A stretch of DNA of 63,796 bases, the filler included, from Octopus bimaculoides (Eukaryota): NCBI RefSeq assembly GCF_001194135.2. It is 6 parts of 6 records of this genome, joined end to end, with 100 filler letters (N's around TTAATTAATTAA, not from the genome) between each part and the next. Parts side by side here need not be neighbours in the genome. Positions count along the whole stretch, not along the records: positions 52,838 to 62,516 come from NC_068983.1; positions 62,617 to 63,796 come from NW_026318044.1; 4 more parts are not named here. One strand, written 5' to 3'. A program made the translations under genes and the position numbers. Of this stretch, positions 54,674 to 63,796 are shown one piece after another; the first letter of the stretch is position 1, and the number at the start of each line of letters is the position of its first letter. The notes beneath the pieces were generated by a model. It was given only the letters and a program-made list of their open reading frames with translations. It made no database searches and was not told the DNA's origin.

Positions 54674-57390
54674 CTACTGACGGACGTGCTGTCACATCGG
54701 CTGCAGAGGTAAACCTTTATTTGACCTTTTTATTGCCCACATTTGTTTTAAATTTTTTAATATAATCTGTGCGAAGCACCCAAGCTTCATTTGTGTATTT
54801 TTCGAAGGGAGGAATTGGCCCCTAGGGGCAGTTCTAGCCCCGTCAAAATATATAATTTTTTCTCGGCATTTGAAAAATGTCGAGAAACATTGTACTGTAA
54901 CGCTGGTCGAGTTCGTTCATCAACCAACATTTCCCTAGCCTTGGAACGCTAGATAAGAAAAAGAACGAAAACTGCACACGCACACAAAAAGAAATTTCTA
55001 AGAACGTCATGAAAACAGCAACCACACATGTTGACAGCCCTCTCATCACCACCACCACCACCAATATGAAAGCTATGTCTGCTACGATCACCACTGGCAA
55101 CAGCAGCAGCAGCAACAACAACAACAACAGTGCATCAAGACCAACCACGACCAAAGTCTCTGCTACTACAGCAGTCTCCACAGCTACCGACACCACCACC
55201 ACCAGCGACGACAACAACAAAAAAACAAACTTTGCTGATGCACTCAGACAAAAAAAAAAGCAATTTTGCACTTCACAACAAAAGAAATACAAGAAACAAA
55301 AAAAAAAACTATTAAGCCAACAAGGACCAAAACTGAAATTAAAAATACCTGAAAAAAATCATTCATGATGTACAAAAAAACCCCATCATATACAAAATTT
55401 TGAACACAAAAACACGAAAACCAGAGCAACCAGCAACAGAAATTATTGAAAAATGTTTGTATCCCATATTGGCCCACAAGACCTACATAAACTGGGGGAA
55501 CAGTTTCGCCACCATACAAATTCGTTTTAACAGCGAAGAGAAAGCGAAAGCGTTGTCCACGCTGACTCTTCATTCCGAAAATATAATATTGGTCCCCACA
55601 TACCTTGGACAAAGGGTAACCAGAGTATCGATAAAAAATGTCCCCCCAGAAATGGAACCACAATGGCTGTTATCAGCTGTTTGTTATCACATGGAGGGAA
55701 ATATAAACATTCTGGAGACTACTGCATTAAATCACGAAAACTGGAATGGAAAAAAATTCGATGCCCTGTTACAAATTACACATGAAGAAATGCAAGAAAT
55801 TCCAACTCAAATTGAGCTGCCAGACGGCCACACCCTCTACGTTGTGGTAAAAGGTAGAAGGCTTCGATGCTACCTGTGTGGCATCGAAGGGCACCTCAAA
55901 AAAGATTGCCCAACAGTAACAGATAACAAAAAACAACAAGAAGGAAAAATAGCCAAAAAAGGACCCCTACTACCCACACCACCACCAACACAAGGAACGA
56001 GCAAAAGGAGCAAGACAGAAGAATCCCACAAACCAAACCCGCCTACACTAACAAATGTAACCGAAAAAACACAACCAACAACTACAAGAACTAAGGAAAC
56101 AGTAAAAGCAAAAGACAATACAAAAACTAATTCCCCTTCCCCCACATCACATACACCACAAGCAGATAATCAACAACACACCCACTTCAACAAACAAACA
56201 CACAAGCACACGACATGCCCTTACCCCCTTCCGATTCCTCAGAAGACTCGTCCGAGGACGAAAGTAGCAGTAGCGAGTGGCAAATAGCCAGAAAAGGAAG
56301 GAGGAAAAGAAGTAAAAAAAGAACCAAACCAAATGCAAACACCAACAAAACAGGGAGATATACATCTCCCGAAAACATCGTCTCCAAACATACCACAAAC
56401 AACATCAACACCACAAGAACACATACAGAAAACATGCTCACAGCAATAGACACTACAAANNNNNNNNNNGGAAACAGTAAAAGCAAAAGACAATACAAAA
56501 ACTAATTCCCCTTCCCCCACATCACATACACCACAAGCAGATAATCAACAACACACCCACTTCAACAAACAAACACACAAGCACACGACATGCCCTTACC
56601 CCCTTCCGATTCCTCAGAAGACTCGTCCGAGGACGAAAGTAGCAGTAGCGAGTGGCAAATAGCCAGAAAAGGAAGGAGGAAAAGAAGTAAAAAAAGAACC
56701 AAACCAAATGCAAACACCAACAAAACAGGGAGATATACATCTCCCGAAAACATCGTCTCCAAACATACCACAAACAACATCAACACCACAAGAACACATA
56801 CAGAAAACATGCTCACAGCAATAGACACTACAAACACAGAATTAATGAACTATACAAATACAAAAACAAACATAAAAAACAACATAAAAACAAACAACCA
56901 TCCATACACGACGCCGCCTAATCACATAAAAATATATTACAGCACACTTTAAAATCCCTCTACCCCAATGCGGTAGGGGGATGCCAAAAATATTTAGCCA
57001 AAAAACTTTACAGCAGCCTCCTTAACGAAAATTCAAAGGAAAGAACAACTGAACTTTCTAACGGTAAGTAACTCTTTGTTCCGTTTCTTTTTAAGCAGAG
57101 CGTTACTTACGTTAATTTCGTACATAAATTTTTTCAATTAGTGACATTAATGCCCGTGGTTACCGTGGTCTTTTCGTAGGTCTTTCTTTCCACGGATAAC
57201 CTCCCCATTTCTTGGGAAATTTTCATTTTTTTAAAATTATTTTTATTTATTTTTTATTTTTTTGTACATACCCCAATCGTTTTTTGATACCTTTTGATCG
57301 TTATCCCCATTTTTTCTCGTCCCCTCGAAAAGAAAAACTCTACATTGTATTTGTCCCATCTGTGTTGAGCCATGTGTGGCTAATAAAGAA

Positions 57391-57391
<1 letters not shown>
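54673..57391 (+). mobile_element. ORF1-only non-LTR retroelement (HAL1-like derivative of a Tx1/L1 LINE)
   Basis: Carries the ORF1 above, only about 440 bp between ORF1 stop and a 3' end ...gtggctAATAAAgaaa, no visible ORF2; (CTAT)n on both sides (54639-54672, 57392-57436). Confidence 0.62.
55009..56952 (+). pseudogene. Tx1/L1-type ORF1 (gag-like, CCHC zinc knuckle), frameshifted
   Basis: ATG 55009, low-complexity N-terminus with FADALR; frame change between 55343 and 55366 (A7 run 55352-55358); RRM-like RVSIKNVPPE region; CYLCGIEGHLKKDCP zinc knuckle; second frame change before acidic/basic SEDESSSSEWQIARKGRRKR. 365 bp duplicated across a 10-N gap. Confidence 0.75.
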
Positions 57392-57436
<45 letters not shown>

Positions 57437-57875
57437 TCCATAATAATTTACTTTGCACCTACATAGGACCCCTTCTAGCACTAAGAACTTCCTGAACTCT
57501 AGTAATAACATAAGTCTTAGGCATAATACAATTTTAAACCACCCTGTCTAGTCCAATATTTGTATGATTTATCTCCCTTTTCACCCTAAGTTAGAGTTAC
57601 CGCCCTTCACTTACACCGCCGGTGGCTAAAAACAAATTTAATACACACGTGTGATACAATGCGCTTAGTCAAACTCGGAAACCCATACCAAAATAATATT
57701 CACCCCATTCTAAATGCCCAACGAAACTAACTAGTCTATTGCAATGAAATCTCTCCCCAGCGAAATTACCAGCGCAAGAACAAAATTTAATGTAAGACAT
57801 ACTATCTTTCCTTCTATTATCATCACGTATGTATCAATTATTTTCGCATCCTAACCGATGTACCTATCTATTTTC

Positions 57876-57926
57876 GCATTCTGAAGAGATTTACTAAAAC
57901 TAATAAATTGAAACGATCGTAAATGC
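57876..57926 (+). ncRNA. Type I hammerhead ribozyme motif, palindromic helix III
   Basis: gcatt-CTGAAGA-gattta...taaatt-GAA-ACGATCGT-A-aatgc; 5-bp helix I, 6-bp helix II (one G-U), GUA triplet. Confidence 0.7.
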
Positions 57927-59520
57927 TACCTTCATCTTTGCTTCCTTCTTTGTTTTCTAATTGAATTAAAGGCATACGAGCGAAAACGAGTCTCCCCTTG
58001 TTATTACATCTATTTTCTTCTCCTATATAACCTAAACTACAGTCTACCAACCAAACCACCTGCTACCGTACAACTTTACAAAAGACTGTACCTACCNNNN
58101 NNNNNNNNNNNNNNNNNNNNNNNNNNNNNNNNNNNNNNNNNNNNNNNNNNNNNNNNNNNNNNNNNNNNNNNNNNNNNNNNNNNNNNNNNNNNNNNNNNNN
58201 NNNNNNNNNNNNNNNNNNNNNNNNNNNNNNNNNNNNNNNNNNNNNNNNNNNNNNNNNNNNNNNNNNNNNNNNNNNNNNNNNNNNNNNNNNNNNNNNNNNN
58301 NNNNNNNNNNNNNNNNNNNNNNNNNNNNNNNNNNNNNNNNNNNNNNNNNNNNNNNNNNNNNNNNNNNNNNNNNNNNNNNNNNNNNNNNNNNNNNNNNNNN
58401 NNNNNNNNNNNNNNNNNNNNNNNNNNNNNNNNNNNNNNNNNNNNNNNNNNNNNNNNNNNNNNNNNNNNNNNNNNNNNNNNNNNNNNNNNNNNNNNNNNNN
58501 NNNNNNNNNNNNNNNNNNNNNNNNNNNNNNNNNNNNNNNNNNNNNNNNNNNNNNNNNNNNNNNNNNNNNNNNNNNNNNNNNNNNNNNNNNNNNNNNNNNN
58601 NNNNNNNNNNNNNNNNNNNNNNNNNNNNNNNNNNNNNNNNNNNNNNNNNNNNNNNNNNNNNNNNNNNNNNNNNNNNNNNNNNNNNNNNNNNNNNNNNNNN
58701 NNNNNNNNNNNNNNNNNNNNNNNNNNNNNNNNNNNNNNNNNNNNNNNNNNNNNNNNNNNNNNNNNNNNNNNNNNNNNNNNNNNNNNNNNNNNNNNNNNNN
58801 NNNNNNNNNNNNNNNNNNNNNNNNNNNNNNNNNNNNNNNNNNNNNNNNNNNNNNNNNNNNNNNNNNNNNNNNNNNNNNNNNNNNNNNNNNNNNNNNNNNN
58901 NNNNNNNNNNNNNNNNNNNNNNNNNNNNNNNNNNNNNNNNNNNNNNNNNNNNNNNNNNNNNNNNNNNNNNNNNNNNNNNNNNNNNNNNNNNNGGCAGGGG
59001 ATGGTGGCGAACCTTGCTGTACTCTTTCACCACAACTTTCTCTCACTCTTACTTCCTGTTTCTGTTGTGCCTGTAATTCAAAGGGTCAGCTTTGTCACAC
59101 TGTGTCACGCTGAATATCCCCGAGAACTACGTTATGGGTAGACGTGTCTGTGGAGTGCTCAACCACTTGCACGTTAATTTCACGAGCAGGCTATTCCGTT
59201 GATCGGATCAACTGGAACCCTCGACGTCGTAAGCGACGGAGTGCCAACAACAACAACAAAAATTTTGTTTGTGTGTGTGTGAGAGAGAGAGGGTGTATAA
59301 TGACTTGGAGATACAGAGAGTGAAGGGGAGAGCTGAAGAGAAATTTCGAGAAAAACGAAGTATGATAAACTGCTTGAAGTCATAAAATAAACATTTCCGT
59401 ATCTCACACTAAAATTGCCACTCCATTACAACTATCAATGTTTCAGCACCTCTTTTGTTGAATCTTCGCTTTGTCGCTGGATTCCTCAGACCTGGGATTT
59501 TTTTCTTTACTCTCTTTTTC

Positions 59521-59910
59521 CTCTTTTACTTGTTTCAGTCATTTGACTGTGACCATGCTGGAGCACTGCCTTTAGTCGAGCAAATCGACCCCGGGACTTA
59601 TTCTTTGTAATCCTAGTACTTATTTTAATCGCACTCTTTTTGCTGAACCGCTAAGTAACGGAGACATAAGCACACCAGCATCGGTTGTCAAGCAATGCTA
59701 GGGAGACAAACACAGACACACAAACAAACACACACACACACACACACACACATATACGACGGGCTTCTTCCAGTTTCTGTCTACCAAATCCACTCACAAG
59801 GCTTTGGTCGGCCCGAGGCTATAGTAGAAGACTCTTGCCCAAGATGCCACGCAGTGGGACTGAACCCGGAACCATGTGGCTGGTAAGCAAGCTACTTACC
59901 ACACAGCCAC
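59521..59910 (-). mobile_element. tRNA-derived SINE, family B, near full length
   Basis: Head (reverse complement) gtggtaagtagcttgcttacc...ggttccgggttcagtcccactgcg, internal AC microsatellite, tail gtgctccagcatggtcacagtcaaatgactgaaacaag. Confidence 0.85.
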
Positions 59911-60034
59911 TGCTGCATTATTCTAGAATGATTTTGGAGTTTGTAAATTTTGGAAAATATTCCAAGAGAAATGGCAACATTATTTCGAGATAGATAACAA
60001 TGTATGTAGAATCTGTAACACACACGTAGCCACA

Positions 60035-60385
60035 TGCACGGTGTGTAGATTTTACAGTTCCACCGCACGACACCTTGGGCAAGTGTCAACTAACATAGCC
60101 CTGAGTCGACCAGTGTCTTGTGGATGAATTTGGTTGATGGGAACTGTGCGGAAGCTTGTACTACACACATACACACACTTGTGTGTGCTTTTGTCCTCTA
60201 CCTCATCACCACCTGACGACCGTTGTTGGTTTGTTTATGTCTCTGTCACATTGTGGTTGGGAAAAAGAGACTTAGTACGAGACTAAAAAATAAAAATACT
60301 GGAGTCGATGTGTTCGACTAAAGCCCTCTAAGGCAGTGCTCCAGCCTGGCCACAGTCCAATGACTAAAACAAGTAAAGGATTAAA
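60035..60385 (+). mobile_element. SINE family B, diverged, inverted relative to 59521-59910
   Basis: gttccaccgcacgacaccttgggcaagtgtc ... aaggcagtgctccagcctggccacagtccaatgactaaaacaag. Confidence 0.7.
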
Positions 60386-60635
60386 AGTTATGATTCATTT
60401 CAAGAACAATAAACAAACAAAAAAATCTAAATGCAGACGAAATTTTATTTCAAGAAATAGGCTTTAAAAATAAAAATAAAAAATACAAAAAAGATCACTC
60501 CGAAACTGCAGATTAGAAAATATCAAATATTATTTTTTTGTTTTTCTTTAACTAAAAATCTTAATTAGTGGTTGTCTTTCACTTTTTAATTAATGTAGTT
60601 TTCTGTAATTATTTTCTTTTAATTGAAGCATTTCA

Positions 60636-61384
60636 TTAAATGCTTCCAGTAACGCTATATTTTCGTCGGGTCACGAGTCCTTCAATTCCTGCTACAATAG
60701 AACCGAGTATCACACCAATAGCCAACATTATGAGAACTCCCGAAAAACTTCCGAGTGTTACCGAATAAAATGATTCCCTCACTGGTTTTTGTAAAACATT
60801 GTCAAAAGTGGCACATTGGTCTTTCCACCAAATATTTCTAAGTTCATTTAGGCGGCCACTCTCTCGCATTTCTTGAATTGCTTGGTTAATAATGCTGGCA
60901 TGGTCAAATCCTGTTTTGAAGCCGAAAGCAAAGTATCTTTCATATGCTAATGGATCTAAGATGAGCATAAGATCACATGGCTTTCGATTGGCGAGATACA
61001 TAGCCGAAGGCGATTCCATTATGAAAGCATATGGTTCTTCATACGATTTGCGAATTCTATCAACTCCATCTTTAATGGAGCTGTGAAAAGAATTGCGGTT
61101 TTTGATATCGTTAAAGATATTTCTCATGAAGCCTACATTACTGTTTTCAAAGGATGCGCTTGTCGAGCCACTTCCTAACATTCCATATTTTATGACGTTC
61201 TGATTGGACAACTCCTGGAGGTCAGCTACTACAGGCATACTGGACCAATGAGCGTCCCACTGGGAGATGATGCGCAAATAATTCGTCAAACTTGCTGTAT
61301 ATGTCATGAGAAATAATGCGCAGAATACCCACCAGAAGAAAACAATAATTCTGGCGCCGACCGAGCGAGGCGTTCTTTCATATC
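60636..61384 (-). CDS. Terminal exon of a divergent ionotropic glutamate receptor / IR-like subunit (M3, S2, M4, short tail)
   Basis: ttttaacag|GA TAT GAA (phase 1) to TAA at 60638-60636. PRSVGARIIVFFWWVFCALFLMTYTASLTNYL (M3), KYGMLGSGSTSASF, YAFIMES, KPCDL and WWKDQC (S2 with both conserved Cys), hydrophobic M4. Confidence 0.92.
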
Positions 61385-61964
61385 CTGTTAAAAATAAACA
61401 AATGAATACTGAGTTTGAATTTGTAAAAAATATTTAAATTTCATATAAATATGGAAAATAGATTATAAAATGAAAATAAGCTAAGAGAGATAACCGAAGC
61501 TGATTAATTACATGGGTCTAAAAAGATAAATTAAGGAATGATTTATGGAATGATATACACGAAGAATAAACTGAGTTCAAAGATATTTCTTTCGTATGTC
61601 ATATGTCAAATCGCAAATTCTTTTCACTTTAATGTTTTTGTCTGTATTTAATTTCGATTTGCATATGTTTGTCAATTCGCTACAATCTCATTGAAGTAAA
61701 CAAAATCAAAAATTTAAAGTGGGGTGAAATGATTTTTTTCTTCTGCATATTCGTAATCTCTGACATCTAAAACGTAGGAATTCGAAAAAATTTTTTCCAA
61801 AAAAATGCATTTTTCAAGGAAGGGTGCGAAACTGCATTAGCCCCCATAAAAAACATCCTATCTGTTCACTGTCGGCTTATGAATGGCAACATTGTGAACA
61901 CATAGGGTGGTTTTATGCCTTTTCTACCATAAGAGAAAATTCTCTCTATGGTAACAGCATAATT

Positions 61965-62015
61965 CCCTAAACTGATCAGTCAGTTTCGGCTAATTCCGTA
62001 GCTTCATCAGTAGGA
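61965..62015 (-). ncRNA. Type I hammerhead ribozyme motif
   Basis: Minus strand tccta-CTGATGA-agcta cggaat tagcc-GAA-actga ctga tcagt-T-taggg; 5-bp helices I and III, GUU triplet, A-C mismatch at the base of helix II. Confidence 0.62.
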
Positions 62016-62084
62016 TGATTTAGCAAATCACTAATGTGTATTCAAAAGATCAATATAAACAGCCGTGTGCAATGTTTTACGATA

Positions 62085-62460
62085 ATCACCATCATTTAAC
62101 GTCCGTTTTCCAAGCTGGCATGAGTTGGACGGTCTGACTGGGCTGGTACACTGGAGACTGCACCAGACTCCATGGTTTTCGGTGGCTGGATGCCCTTTCT
62201 AATGCCAACCACGCTGAAAATGTTATAGGTGCTTTTACGTGCCACCGGCATGGATGCCATTTGCGTGGCACCAGGGTGTGTTTACGTGCCACCGGCACAG
62301 GTGCTAATTTGCGTGACACTGGTATCTGCCACAATTGTGATTTTGCTCGGTTTGATGGGTCTTCTTCTCAAGCATGACATAATGCCAACGGTCTTGGTCA
62401 TTGCCTCCACGATGCCCAACATTCGAAAGGAACTTGGCCACTATGTCTCCGCGTGGCCCC
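62085..62460 (-). mobile_element. RTE-type LINE/SINE 3' end
   Basis: Reverse complement ends ...gtccaactcatgccagcttggaaaacggacgttaaatgatg(atg)n, a short-repeat tail typical of RTE-related elements. Confidence 0.5.
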
Positions 62461-62481
62461 AAAATTGTTTCAGATGAGAGA

Positions 62482-62516
<35 letters not shown>

Positions 62517-62619
62517 NNNNNNNNNNNNNNNNNNNNNNNNNNNNNNNNNNNNNNNNNNNNTTAATTAATTAANNNNNNNNNNNNNNNNNNNNNNNNNNNN
62601 NNNNNNNNNNNNNNNNAAA

Positions 62620-62667
62620 TAATAAACCGTGATAGGTGAACCGCGATATGGCGAGAGATTACTGTAT
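62620..62667. mobile_element. Right end of pogo-like MITE, cut by spacer
   Basis: aaccgtgataggtgaaccgcgatatggcgagagattactgTA. Confidence 0.6.
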
Positions 62668-63015
62668 TTGAAATGAAATACTTTTAAGTTTATAACGTTT
62701 GGAGTAGTCTTTCGCTGGTACGACCATTAATTTTTGATGTCTTATAGTGTTTCAGATAGTTTTCAGTCTCGTGAGGCAATTCTTGTAGCTGATATTTGCT
62801 CTAGATTTGTAGACAAATACTTAACTAGAATAAATATTGTAAAGTGATGAAAGGCGGATTGCAAATACGCTCGGACTTTTTATAGAGAAACTTACTTCAG
62901 AGTAATTGGTATGACACGGATCTAGTAAATGATAAATTTGTGTCTCAAGTTTCATCTGTTGCTTTGTTTCGTTTCACTTTCAAACTACTGCTTACGAATG
63001 TGACGTTTCATGTCT

Positions 63016-63087
63016 GGTTGGATGGTCTGGTGGTATGATTCTCATTTCGGGTGCGAGAGGTCCCGGGTTCAATTCTCGGAGAAACCT
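63016..63087 (+). pseudogene. tRNA-Pro(CGG)-derived pseudogene
   Basis: 72 nt tracking eukaryotic tRNA-Pro (ggtatgattctc...tt cgg gt gcgagaggtcccgggttcaa); acceptor stem has three mismatches and the anticodon stem (ctcat/gcgag) is disrupted. Confidence 0.75.
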
Positions 63088-63126
63088 CCAAAATTTTCTA
63101 AAGCAGTGCTCCAGCATGGCAGCAGT

Positions 63127-63177
<51 letters not shown>

Positions 63178-63291
63178 ATGTGCGTGTGTGTGCGTTTGTC
63201 CCCTACTCACCGCTGGTAAACCGGTGTTAGTGTGTTTCTGTAAACTAGTGTTCTAAAGAAGAAGCTGTATTAACAGGTTCAATGAAGTCGC

Positions 63292-63424
63292 TCGGAAGTG
63301 AGGCCGAACGGCTTCGTTTCATGTTTCGTTTTTTTTTCCCCACCATGTGCAAGGCTGTAATAGCCAATATCATAAGGCTGTAACAGCCAATATCCCCTCT
63401 GTGTAAGGCTGTAATAGCCAATAT
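63292..63424. repeat. Three copies of a 21-bp unit aaggctgtaa(t/c)agccaatatc
   Basis: Copies near 63292, 63316 and 63346+, with unequal short spacers. Confidence 0.7.
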
Positions 63425-63469
63425 CATGAGATAAAGAAGCTTGCTTTGCAATTACGTGGTTTCGGTTGA

Positions 63470-63796
63470 ATTTCACTGCGCGCCATCTGAGGTAGTGTTT
63501 TCTACAATAGTCCTGAGCCGACCAATGCCTTATGAGTAAATTTGGTAAATAGAAACTGTGTTAGGCCGTCGTGTATGCGTGTGTGTGCGTGCGCGTGTCT
63601 TTGTGCCAGTGTCTGCTACCAACTCCATCGTTTGACAACCGTTATCTGTTTAGGTACCTGTAACTTAGCAAATCGTGAAAAGACTCCGATAGAGTAAGTA
63701 CTAGACATTTTTTTATATAAAAATTAGTAAAATTTAAAAAGAAGTAGTGGGGTCGACTTGCTCCACGAAAAGCCTTTCAAAGTTGGACTCCAGTAT
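63470..63796 (+). mobile_element. SINE family B, diverged, runs off the window
   Basis: cactgcgcgccatctgagg...gagccgaccaatgccttatgagt...agagtaagtactagac...ggggtcgacttgctc. Confidence 0.65.

Noticed and set aside
59325-59365. CTGAAGA...GAAA on the plus strand
   Set aside because: No helix I or III pairing.

Overview
Repeat-rich, gapped eukaryotic DNA, most likely from an octopus (inferred from the tRNA-derived SINE families and the extreme AT/AC/ATAG microsatellite load). The window is not one contiguous locus. Five identical 100-bp artificial spacers (44 N + TTAATTAATTAA + 44 N) cut it into six segments, so nothing should be inferred from adjacency across them. Three partial protein-coding genes can be rebuilt by hand from GT-AG exons with consistent phases. 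(1) A + strand mucin-like gene with Ser/Thr tandem repeats followed by a NIDO domain (5 exons, 13414-20621). (2) A - strand chordin/sog orthologue fragment covering CHRD repeats 3-4 and the start of the next VWC/CR domain (6 exons, 50662-34330). (3) The last exon of a divergent ionotropic glutamate receptor / IR-like channel (M3-S2-M4, - strand, 61384-60636). The rest is SINEs, mariner/pogo MITEs and transposase relics, a Penelope-like element, RTE-like LINE relics, an ORF1-only Tx1/L1-like element flanked on both sides by (CTAT)n, and a tRNA-Pro pseudogene. The least expected signals are four well-formed and several degenerate type I hammerhead ribozyme motifs, most with palindromic helix III, and the ORF1-only element whose 3' end matches the 3' tail of the commonest SINE. 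All family assignments are by motif recognition from memory; no database search or folding program was run.
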